Source of the DNA: a virus
Lineage: Duplodnaviria > Caudoviricetes
IMG/VR virus record: IMGVR_UViG_3300010300_000031
Location: 1-39,235 of that record
DNA: 39,235 nucleotides
Reading direction: 5' to 3' (one strand)
Shown one piece after another: positions 1 through 7,369 of this stretch. The notes under the pieces are model-generated. The model was not told the DNA's origin and ran no database searches. It saw only the letters and a list, made by a program, of their open reading frames with translations. Position numbers and translations under genes: made by a program. Numbering within the stretch: the first letter of the stretch is position 1; every line of letters starts with the position of its first letter.

Positions 1-333
1 ATCAATCGAATTTTGACGATTTTTTACATCTTGACGACGATATTCTGGAATAGGAATCTCTTCACCAAGAAGAGTTGAATCCGCATAGCGTTGTGAAAAT
101 TCTTGATATGTGAAGGATCTATGGCGAAGCACTTGGGCTGCGATTGCACGGGAACACTTGAGTTCCAGTGTCATGTAACTCTGCTCAAATACAGACCAGT
201 GATTGTGCTTGATACAATACTTCAACAATCCAGAAAAATTCTCATTATCTTGATTGTTTGGATTCGACACACGGGCAATATATGCCATGGTCTTTTCGGC
301 ATCGGGAGTGATACTTACCAGTTTTGCATTCAT
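1..333 (-). CDS. thyX: Flavin-dependent thymidylate synthase ThyX (5' part, runs off the window)
   Basis: Hand translation from ATG at 333: MNAKLVSITPDAEKTMAYIARVSNPNNQDNENFSGLLKYCIKHNHWSVFEQ...AIAAQVLRHRSFTYQEFSQRY, containing the ThyX RHR-x7-S-x-R motif. Absent from the ORF track because it is truncated. Confidence 0.93.
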   Translation of the reverse strand, partial: MNAKLVSITPDAEKTMAYIARVSNPNNQDNENFSGLLKYCIKHNHWSVFEQSYMTLELKCSRAIAAQVLRHRSFTYQEFSQRYADSTLLGEEIPIPEYRRQDVKNRQNSID

Positions 334-494
334 TTCTTAAATCCTTTTGATGTTTCTAGTTTAATTCTATCAAGTTCTTCTTCTACCGAACGAATATTTC
401 TTTTCATCTCTATAATTTGTTCTTCGGTATAAAGATGCTCCTGTTTTAGCATTCTTTTCAGGAGTTTTAAAAGTTTAGTTGCTCTATCAGTCAT
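330..494 (-). CDS. Hypothetical 54-aa phage protein
   Basis: MTDRATKLLKLLKRMLKQEHLYTEEQIIEMKRNIRSVEEELDRIKLETSKGFKK; ATGA overlap with thyX and 8-nt overlap with the upstream gene. Confidence 0.75.
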   Translation of the reverse strand: MTDRATKLLKLLKRMLKQEHLYTEEQIIEMKRNIRSVEEELDRIKLETSKGFKK

Positions 495-645
495 CGTCGT
501 CCTCAAAAACTTCGTCGTAACTTACATAAGGATCGACTTGACTTTCATATTTATATGCGTCAACATCGGACAAAATTTCTGCTTTTAGTGAGTCTACCAA
601 TAGTTCTAGGTTTCGAACAATCAATTTAAGTCTTTCTCTGTCCAT
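487..645 (-). CDS. Hypothetical 52-aa protein with acidic tail
   Basis: MDRERLKLIVRNLELLVDSLKAEILSDVDAYKYESQVDPYVSYDEVFEDDDD; first gene after the sigma70-like promoter at 667-695. Confidence 0.78.
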   Translation of the reverse strand: MDRERLKLIVRNLELLVDSLKAEILSDVDAYKYESQVDPYVSYDEVFEDDDD

Positions 646-666
646 AAAAAGGTTCTTACTACTCAC

Positions 667-695
667 ATTTTAGACAAAAAAAAGGGGGAAGTCAA
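667..695 (-). promoter_or_regulatory. sigma70-type promoter overlapping a terminator
   Basis: Minus strand TTGACT (695-690), 17-nt spacer, TAAAAT (672-667). Confidence 0.65.
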
Positions 696-702
696 CCCCC
701 CA
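676..702 (-). terminator. Rho-independent terminator of the riboswitch operon
   Basis: GGGGG-TTGACTT-CCCCC followed by 8 T, just after the stop codon at 711. Confidence 0.75.
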
Positions 703-710
703 CTCTAAGA

Positions 711-809
711 TCATTTTTGAATTTTACTAAGAAGTAAAACTTCTCCGTAAATTAGACTAATGAATGCTATCATACCCAAAGAACTAAGTCCCAAGAGTTG
801 AAAGATCAT
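711..809 (-). CDS. 32-aa hydrophobic (single TM) peptide
   Basis: MIFQLLGLSSLGMIAFISLIYGEVLLLSKIQK; ATGA overlap with the upstream ORF; GGAGGAG SD upstream. Confidence 0.65.
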   Translation of the reverse strand: MIFQLLGLSSLGMIAFISLIYGEVLLLSKIQK

Positions 810-955
810 TCTTCTCCTCCTACAATTATTACCTGTTTATCATGCTTAATACCACGATAAATTTCACTAAACCAACGCTTTTGTTGGTTTGCGTGTTGCT
901 TTTCACGACGCTCTACGGTGTCGTATGTTACACCACGATAAACTACCTTTGCCAT
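806..955 (-). CDS. DUF4278-like 'downstream peptide' (49 aa)
   Basis: MAKVVYRGVTYDTVERREKQHANQQKRWFSEIYRGIKHDKQVIIVGGEE with two YRG motifs typical of DUF4278; AGGAG SD at 967-963; lies downstream of glutamine-aptamer motifs. Confidence 0.82.
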   Translation of the reverse strand: MAKVVYRGVTYDTVERREKQHANQQKRWFSEIYRGIKHDKQVIIVGGEE

Positions 956-1014
956 GATTTTACTCCTAAAGAAATGGAAAGTTAACCTTCTCTGCTTACG
1001 CAGGATCCGTATTC

Positions 1015-1250
1015 CCGTTCCTTCAGTCGTTTGCGTCCCAGTTACAAAAATCTCTTACTGTTACAGCGTCCTTAATCGTTTCTACAAGCTCAACCTTTAC
1101 GGCATCAGGTAGATCCGAATGATCTCTGATAGAAGAAATTAATTCTCTTGCTTCAGAGCAATTTAAGGTTGTATAAAGTAATAATTCAAACATGGGATGA
1201 ACGATGCTCCGTTCCGCGACTTACTTGCGTCGGGTTTCCCCGATGAACGA
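1015..1250 (-). ncRNA. Double glutamine riboswitch (glnA / Downstream-peptide family cores)
   Basis: Core 1 (1250-1209): CGUUCA-UCGGG(GAAA)CCCGA-CGCA-AGUA-AGUCG-C-GGAACG. Core 2 (1203-1015): CGUUCA-UCCCA(long loop)UGGGA-CGCAAA-CGACU-GAA-GGAACGG. CGUUCA/CGCA/GGAACG and AGUA/GAA loop-E are hallmarks of glutamine aptamers; a DUF4278-like gene follows. Confidence 0.85.
1023..1193 (-). CDS. 56-aa ORF embedded in the second glutamine aptamer
   Basis: MFELLLYTTLNCSEARELISSIRDHSDLPDAVKVELVETIKDAVTVRDFCNWDAND; open frame of 57 codons; GGAG 13 nt upstream; below the ORF-track size cutoff. Confidence 0.7.
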   Translation of the reverse strand: MFELLLYTTLNCSEARELISSIRDHSDLPDAVKVELVETIKDAVTVRDFCNWDAND

Positions 1251-1257
1251 CAGGTCT

Positions 1258-1286
1258 ATTATAGACCCGATATTCTATATAGTCAA
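1258..1286 (-). promoter_or_regulatory. Near-consensus sigma70 promoter for the riboswitch transcript
   Basis: TTGACT (1286-1281), 17 nt, TATAAT (1263-1258); expected start near 1251 coincides with the 5' end of aptamer 1. Confidence 0.85.
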
Positions 1287-1291
1287 GTGGT

Positions 1292-1307
1292 TGTATTAAC
1301 CACTACA
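1292..1307. promoter_or_regulatory. NtcA-binding site
   Basis: TGTA-TTAACCAC-TACA matches the GTA-N8-TAC consensus with T/A flanks; a degenerate second site GTT-N8-TAC lies at 1312-1325. Confidence 0.65.
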
Positions 1308-1402
1308 AAAAGTTCGGTTTGATACAACTTTTTGTATTACAATTTTTAAAAAATCTTAGAGAGCAAATTTTTACCGGGATTTTTTTCCGCCGATTTTGGG
1401 AA

Positions 1403-1746
1403 TCACTTTCGCTTTTTGGTTTCGGGTGCCTTATTGCCCCAGAGTTTTGGATTGACTGTGCCATATCCATACTCGATATTTTTTACTGATAATGCACCAT
1501 AAGTATCATAGTACATATCAAACAAACTAACCTGACTCTTACAACGAGTCAAATCCATATAAGTTTCTCCATCAACAACATATGTAATCAAATACGCATC
1601 ATTTGGGAGGGTCTTATCGTTTGCTAACTGGCGTGTTGTTTTTTCTTGCAAAACCTCACATCCATACTTTGGACCTAATGGTTTAATGCTAGGTTGTTCC
1701 ATAGTTTTTTCTTTTTTCTTTGGCGGATCTGCCAGATTGTTTGCCA
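1403..1746 (-). CDS. Cyanophage-type hypothetical protein
   Basis: ORF track 1403-1765; ATG at 1746 (MANNL...) directly abuts the upstream stop and is the more likely start. Confidence 0.75.
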
Positions 1747-2328
1747 TCACGAACGACCTCCCCAATGAATATCTGGATATGCTTCAGCTACAACTTCTTT
1801 AGTTATACTATACTTATCAGAAAGTTTTTTGTCTTTAATGAGACATACAATTTCTGCTTCAAGAGGATGGAGACCTTCAAGAATATTGATGAACATTGTT
1901 TCACGACGAATATTATTCATCGCATCATTTCCACCTTTAATAAAATGATAGAAATTCTTATATTCTCTACGAATTGTAGTACGACCTTGCTTATCACTAG
2001 ATCCTAATGAAAAAGATCCAGTCTCATACATTTTACGAACTTCTTCAGTAATCTTAGTGCTCAGTGTTCCACTATAGACATTTTGATCATCATATCCAGA
2101 ATAAGGAACTTCACCTTCTGGAAGCATTGAAATAACACTTTCATCAAAATTCCAAATAAAAATTGATTTTAAAGAAGGATGCTCATATTTTTTTAAAATT
2201 TCTACTTTTTTAGCTTTTGATCTTTGCTTTGATGCAAGACTTAGAACTTCAAATGCTAAAGGATTATTTGGAAGATCAGGAATCTTCGTCGTCGTCTTCT
2301 TCGATACTGTTGTCATGATAGTTTTCAA
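1747..2328 (-). CDS. Hypothetical protein resembling a conserved T4-like cyanophage family
   Basis: 193-aa ORF with LPEGEVPY and LEGLHPLEAE segments; function not recognised. Confidence 0.8.
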   Translation of the reverse strand: MKTIMTTVSKKTTTKIPDLPNNPLAFEVLSLASKQRSKAKKVEILKKYEHPSLKSIFIWNFDESVISMLPEGEVPYSGYDDQNVYSGTLSTKITEEVRKMYETGSFSLGSSDKQGRTTIRREYKNFYHFIKGGNDAMNNIRRETMFINILEGLHPLEAEIVCLIKDKKLSDKYSITKEVVAEAYPDIHWGGRS

Positions 2329-2509
2329 AATTAAATGCGATTACTTCATCAGGTATTAAATTCCCTTGGTTGTCAAACATTTCGGGATGAGGTCTTGGCA
2401 CTTCCCGATAGTTCATCATATATTCTCTTGCTACCCAACCTGTTACAAGTCCCACAACAAGAAATAAAATGGTGAATAATACACCAAAAACTAAACTAAG
2501 TGCTAACAT
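2276..2509 (-). CDS. Small membrane-anchored hypothetical protein
   Basis: N-terminal hydrophobic helix, HPEMFDNQGN segment, acidic tail; GGAGGA SD upstream. Confidence 0.8.
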   Translation of the reverse strand: MLALSLVFGVLFTILFLVVGLVTGWVAREYMMNYREVPRPHPEMFDNQGNLIPDEVIAFNFENYHDNSIEEDDDEDS

Positions 2510-2530
2510 CTTCTTCCTCCGGGATACTAT

Positions 2531-2749
2531 CTAATTTTTCCTAAATTTAAAGGAAAATTCGAAATAGATAGTTACTTCCCGATTTAGAAAGCAAACCATC
2601 TTTTCGAAAATAACGTGAAATGGTTGAGTGTGCTTTCTTTTACCTCCATTAAGAATGAATTCAACACCACGATTCTTGTGGTTCTTATTTTTATTTATGT
2701 TTGTTTTAGAAAACTCTATGTTCTCTGAGGAATTTGATTGCATCAACAC
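2531..2749 (-). CDS. Hypothetical protein (start uncertain)
   Basis: ORF track; fills the gap between glutaredoxin and the membrane protein. Confidence 0.4.
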   Translation of the reverse strand: MLMQSNSSENIEFSKTNINKNKNHKNRGVEFILNGGKRKHTQPFHVIFEKMVCFLNREVTIYFEFSFKFRKN

Positions 2750-2960
2750 ATCCTCCTATTTTTTTTTCATCGCAAACAACTTGAGGGAAAGTAGAACCCT
2801 CCCCAAATTCAGAATAAAATTGCTCCTTAGTAAATTCTTTATCTAAAGTATAAACAACATGTTTACTTGATGTCAATTCTAAAACTTGCTTAATTTTATA
2901 GCAATGATGACAACCTTCTTTAGAATATACTACAAAATTCATTTTCTTTTCAAGATACAT
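2706..2960 (-). CDS. Glutaredoxin
   Basis: CHHC active site, TFPQV cis-Pro motif, GGC motif; true start may be at 2942. Confidence 0.92.
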   Translation of the reverse strand: MYLEKKMNFVVYSKEGCHHCYKIKQVLELTSSKHVVYTLDKEFTKEQFYSEFGEGSTFPQVVCDEKKIGGCVDAIKFLREHRVF

Positions 2961-2970
2961 TTTTTCTTAT

Positions 2971-4656
2971 TTAGATTTTTTTAATTACAAGATAATTTCC
3001 AATTACAAGATAATCCAAGTCGATATTTTCAAAAGTTTTAATTGCATCTTTTGGTGTCTCAACAATTGGTTGACCATTATCATTAAAAGAAGTATTTAAA
3101 AGAACGGGGCAATCCGTTTTCTCATTATACTTTTGCAGAAGTAAAGTTACTTCTGGATGTAACTTTTCATTTACAGTTTGAATTCTACAAGAAAAATCTT
3201 TATGAGTGATCGCACCAAGTTTCTTTCTTTGATGTGGTTTTACTGTTAGAGAATAAAGCATATATTCATTTGGATAGATATCCACAAAATAATCTTCTTG
3301 GTAGTCTTCAAGCATAATTCCTGCAAATGGTCTCCATTCTTCTCTATGCTTAATTCTGGTGTTCAGTGTTTCCTTATTTTCTTTGGGAGTTGGATTCATA
3401 AGGATAGATCTGGATCCAAGTGCTCTAGGACCAAATTCTGATCTATTCTGAAACCATCCAACAATCTTATTATCCGCAAGATATTCTGCAGTAATTTGAC
3501 AAATATCCTCAAAGGTTTCAAATTTCTGATATTCCCACCCATCAAGTGACTCTTCAATCTCTTTATCACTATACGTGCGTCCGAGAAGTGAAATATTATG
3601 TGGAAGAGTTACCTTCTCCTTTTCCTTGAACACACCATAACATGCTGCACCAAAGGAAAGACCAGTATCATCTGGAAATGGTGGAATATGAATATTCTCT
3701 GCAATATTATTCTTACGAATAACAGAATTTGCAAGAATATTTAAGAAAACACCGCCTGCTAAACAAAGATTATTATCAATGTATCCACCCTCTTTAAGTG
3801 ATTTCATATAAGCAAGCATACCTTCTTCAAAATTATGCTGCAAAGTTTTTGCTTTATTTTCTGGAGTCATATTTCCAAAAACAAAATCTTGCCCAGGAAA
3901 AGAATTAAAAGTAAGAGAAGGAATACCCTCAAAACTCTGACGATAATCTTGTTTAAATTCTTTTACATTACCATATGCAGAAAGACCCATAACCTTTCCA
4001 CAAAAAGTTTCACGATACTTTGGATCAGTAATATCAATATTCTTTTTAATCATTTCGGTATAGATTTTATATGCCCATACCCAATAATAATTGCCAAAGT
4101 TATTCATCTGAGGAATTCCAGGATAATACCTGAAGATTCCCCTTTCCTTATTAAAATATCCAATTGAATGATTTTCAGTTGCAAAAGGATTTCCAGGAGC
4201 ATCAAAAAGAATTGATCCAGCATTATCCATTGTAATAAATGTTCCTTCATTATAATTTGAAGAAAATACAGAAGAGTATGCATGGCAAAGGTGATGAGAA
4301 ACTATCTCAACTTTAGCTTTAGGAAAGTATCTTTTAATCTTGGAGTGAAGTGTTTTATTGATATAGTTTTTATAAAAATTAGAATTTGCCATTGATGGAA
4401 TGACAACTACATCAATATCTTCTTTAGAAAGATCTCCAGCAGAAAGACAATAATCGATAGATTTGCGTGGAAAATTTCCATCATATTTAATTCCACTCAA
4501 CCTTTCTTCACTAATGCTTGACACATGATTTCCATTTGTGAACAAAGTCACACTAGATCCATGTGTCCAACTTTCATTCATTTGATTTTTTAATTTTGGA
4601 TTGTCGGAGATTAAAACATTCCAACCAATCGCACCATAAAGACCAATTACATTCAT
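2971..4656 (-). CDS. O-carbamoyltransferase (NodU/CmcH/TobZ family)
   Basis: SEERL, HHLCHAYS, GKVMGLSAYG, LAGGVFLN, DDTGLSFGAA, EFGPRALGSRS, REEWRPFA, RIQTV and LNTSFN motifs. Confidence 0.93.
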   Translation of the reverse strand: MNVIGLYGAIGWNVLISDNPKLKNQMNESWTHGSSVTLFTNGNHVSSISEERLSGIKYDGNFPRKSIDYCLSAGDLSKEDIDVVVIPSMANSNFYKNYINKTLHSKIKRYFPKAKVEIVSHHLCHAYSSVFSSNYNEGTFITMDNAGSILFDAPGNPFATENHSIGYFNKERGIFRYYPGIPQMNNFGNYYWVWAYKIYTEMIKKNIDITDPKYRETFCGKVMGLSAYGNVKEFKQDYRQSFEGIPSLTFNSFPGQDFVFGNMTPENKAKTLQHNFEEGMLAYMKSLKEGGYIDNNLCLAGGVFLNILANSVIRKNNIAENIHIPPFPDDTGLSFGAACYGVFKEKEKVTLPHNISLLGRTYSDKEIEESLDGWEYQKFETFEDICQITAEYLADNKIVGWFQNRSEFGPRALGSRSILMNPTPKENKETLNTRIKHREEWRPFAGIMLEDYQEDYFVDIYPNEYMLYSLTVKPHQRKKLGAITHKDFSCRIQTVNEKLHPEVTLLLQKYNEKTDCPVLLNTSFNDNGQPIVETPKDAIKTFENIDLDYLVIGNYLVIKKI

Positions 4657-5552
4657 TTGTCAACTGCTTCTACAATTTTATCAAAATCGAAGATCTCTTC
4701 ATCTTCATCTACATATGGGTATTCTGCTTCAACACCAGTAAAATCAAAATCAAATAGATAACTATTTGGAAGTTTAAAGTTTGCTGGTTTCTCTGCTTGA
4801 ATATTTGTGTGCATATCCCACCCAAAAACTTTGTGACTAGTTCCATTCCATAGAACAACAGATGGAAGTTTAAGTGCTGTTGCAGCGTGTTGTAAGCAAC
4901 TATCAATTAAAATTCTTTTACTGCTATGCAAAAGAACACTGACCAGTTCCATGTTACTCATTGGATCTTGAATGACTTCTACGCCGTCTAGAGTCTCACT
5001 GGTGGGTTTCTTAACTTGGAAGATATGATAATCATCAGAATAATGATCAACCAATCTCTGAGCCAATGCTACAGGCATGTCTCTTGCCCATAAATATGGT
5101 CTCTGCTCACTATACAATCCACCATTAGTTTGAAGAACCATAATAGGTTTGCCGTTTGCACGACCATTCCAAAACTCTTTAGAAATCTTTTTCTGTAAAG
5201 GATTGAATTTGATTTCTGGCATCTCTCCTTTATATTCAAGACCATACATTTTACTCCAGCTTTGAACTAGAGGAAGTCTTTTATGAATATGGTCTGTAGT
5301 AAAATATGGTTCGTTGTGGAAAATTAAAGAGTCTTGATCTTCAATATAAGTTTGATAGAAATAACTCGTATTTCCTAATTGATAAACTCGATCAATGAAC
5401 GGTAGATTTGTAAAAATTTCAGGATAAACAGCACATAGAATGAGTTGCCTACTTGGATGATTATTCTTGATGCATTTAGCTACTGCTGTAGCAGCAATAT
5501 GTTTACCAAATCCACCTTGAACATGAAATATCGAATACTTTTGTTTTGCCAT
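4653..5552 (-). CDS. GT-B glycosyltransferase, GT9 (heptosyltransferase)-like
   Basis: N-terminal GGFGKHI...NLPFIDRV and C-terminal IDSCLQHAATALKLPSVVLW resemble the GT9 DS-x2-H-A-x-A pattern. Confidence 0.72.
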   Translation of the reverse strand: MAKQKYSIFHVQGGFGKHIAATAVAKCIKNNHPSRQLILCAVYPEIFTNLPFIDRVYQLGNTSYFYQTYIEDQDSLIFHNEPYFTTDHIHKRLPLVQSWSKMYGLEYKGEMPEIKFNPLQKKISKEFWNGRANGKPIMVLQTNGGLYSEQRPYLWARDMPVALAQRLVDHYSDDYHIFQVKKPTSETLDGVEVIQDPMSNMELVSVLLHSSKRILIDSCLQHAATALKLPSVVLWNGTSHKVFGWDMHTNIQAEKPANFKLPNSYLFDFDFTGVEAEYPYVDEDEEIFDFDKIVEAVDK

Positions 5553-5553
5553 A

Positions 5554-6447
5554 CTAACTCACTATAATTTTATTATCCTTGGTTAGGGGTGCTTTTGGTT
5601 TTAGAGAAACAATGTCGGGAGTTCCCCAAAACTCAAGACGTTGTTTGTTTTGTTTATAGAGATCTAAAATTTCTTCTGGAAGAACAGATGATGGATTTTT
5701 TGAAGTCTTTCTCAATTCTGAGCGAACTTCGTGCATATCTGCTAAACCATATGTTGAAATATCATCTTCTCTATTTGAATTATGAAGAGAATCAAAATGA
5801 TGTTCATATGGTTCCTCATCAAGAAACTCATAAACCTTTGACATTGTTTCTTCAGGTCTTTCTACAAGATCATTATAATCTATGAAGTGCATTTTGTCAC
5901 GCATACCTTGAACGAATCCTTCCATGATAGCATTTAAAGATTCATAAACAATACCACCACCATTCAAAAGATACATACAACGATTATAATCATTAATTGG
6001 TGTATTTGTTTTTACAAGTTGTTCATCAACGAAATTGATTCTTGGTTGACCCTCTCGAAAAGGATTGCGATGAACCATTGAAAGAATAGATGCAAGGATT
6101 TCATCTATTTGACGAACTGGAACAAGAATCTTTGCTTGTTGACCAATGTAGTTCTCAATATACGGAACTCTAGCAGTCCATGCACGATTTTTGTCAAATA
6201 CAACTGATTTTTTTATATCACTGTAAAAATGATATGGAATGCTGCCTATAATTTCTCTTACTTGATCTGGTTTTGGATAACCATGATACAACTCATTGCT
6301 TGTGAAATTTTCCTCCACAGCATACATTGCACCAAGAACAGGGCTTGATGGTCCCGAATAAAAATTTGGATTTTGATTTAAAATAGACGAAAGCAAAGTA
6401 CTTCCAGATCTAGGAAGACCAGCCATAAAATAAAATTTCTTATTCAT
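5554..6447 (-). CDS. PAPS-dependent sulfotransferase
   Basis: GLPRSGSTLL 5'-PSB loop, DKNR, VR-x7-S 3'-PB motif, YNDLVERPEETM. Confidence 0.88.
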   Translation of the reverse strand: MNKKFYFMAGLPRSGSTLLSSILNQNPNFYSGPSSPVLGAMYAVEENFTSNELYHGYPKPDQVREIIGSIPYHFYSDIKKSVVFDKNRAWTARVPYIENYIGQQAKILVPVRQIDEILASILSMVHRNPFREGQPRINFVDEQLVKTNTPINDYNRCMYLLNGGGIVYESLNAIMEGFVQGMRDKMHFIDYNDLVERPEETMSKVYEFLDEEPYEHHFDSLHNSNREDDISTYGLADMHEVRSELRKTSKNPSSVLPEEILDLYKQNKQRLEFWGTPDIVSLKPKAPLTKDNKIIVS

Positions 6448-6471
6448 TAATAATATATTTTTTTTTATTTA

Positions 6472-7365
6472 TTATACATCTGCAGTGTTAGTGCTTGGAT
6501 AAGATCTCCCTGCCCCCCAAATAATTCTTACAGCACCTTGACCTCCAACACCACCTGCACGATTTGTATCATCTTCAGCTCCACCGCCACCTCCACCGTA
6601 ACCACCACCATTTCCACCAGATGCTCCACTGCTTCCACCAGATCCACCAGTTCCGGGATTACCAGTGTTGCCACCATTACCATTTATTCCTTGACCATTT
6701 AGACCTACACCGCCTCCACCATTATTTTGCGTTCCACCACCTGATTGTCCGCCTCCGCCTCCGCCTCCGCCACCAGTACCAGCATTGCCACGACCGCCGT
6801 TACCAGTTCCTGCATTACCTCCATTACCAGAATATCCAGCAGCACCACCGCCACCGCCACCGCCATTATTATTTTGTGAAGAACCACCAAGACCACCAGA
6901 ACCACCACCATCTCTTTCAGTTCCAGAACCACTTCCTCCACTTCCTCCACTTGAAGCATTAGTTCCACCATTACCACCATTTGCTCTCAATAGTGATGTT
7001 GCCCCTCTAGCAATCTGACTAAATCCACCTTGCCCTCCAGCACCAGTGCCACTTCCACCATTTCCACGTAAACCAACGGTAATAGTTAAAGTTTCTCCCG
7101 GTGTAACAGTAAAAGTTCCATATGCAAGACCTCCACCACCTCCACCAGCTCCTGACCAAGCACTAGTTCCAGGAGATCCACTAGCACCTCCACCAGCACC
7201 AATTACAACAGCAGAAACTGAATTGACACCAGATGGAACTGACCAATTAAATGTTCCATTTGTTTGAAATGATTGTTGACCCTCAGGAATGATTTGAATT
7301 GGAGTTACATTAAGATTTGAACTTACTCCACCACCAAAACCATTGAGACCTAAAATTGGAGACAT
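6472..7365 (-). CDS. Glycine-rich virion-associated protein
   Basis: GTFNWSVPSGV...VIGAGGG start, poly-Gly body, GAVRIIW end. Confidence 0.85.
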   Translation of the reverse strand: MSPILGLNGFGGGVSSNLNVTPIQIIPEGQQSFQTNGTFNWSVPSGVNSVSAVVIGAGGGASGSPGTSAWSGAGGGGGGLAYGTFTVTPGETLTITVGLRGNGGSGTGAGGQGGFSQIARGATSLLRANGGNGGTNASSGGSGGSGSGTERDGGGSGGLGGSSQNNNGGGGGGGAAGYSGNGGNAGTGNGGRGNAGTGGGGGGGGGQSGGGTQNNGGGGVGLNGQGINGNGGNTGNPGTGGSGGSSGASGGNGGGYGGGGGGAEDDTNRAGGVGGQGAVRIIWGAGRSYPSTNTADV

Positions 7366-7369
7366 AGTA

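Noticed and set aside
103-432. Plus-strand 109-aa ORF in the track
   Set aside because: Antisense shadow of thyX and the 54-aa gene, which have a clear motif and coupled starts.
6564-7267. His- or Pro-rich plus-strand ORFs (also 31399-31860)
   Set aside because: Reverse-complement artefacts of GGN glycine codon runs.
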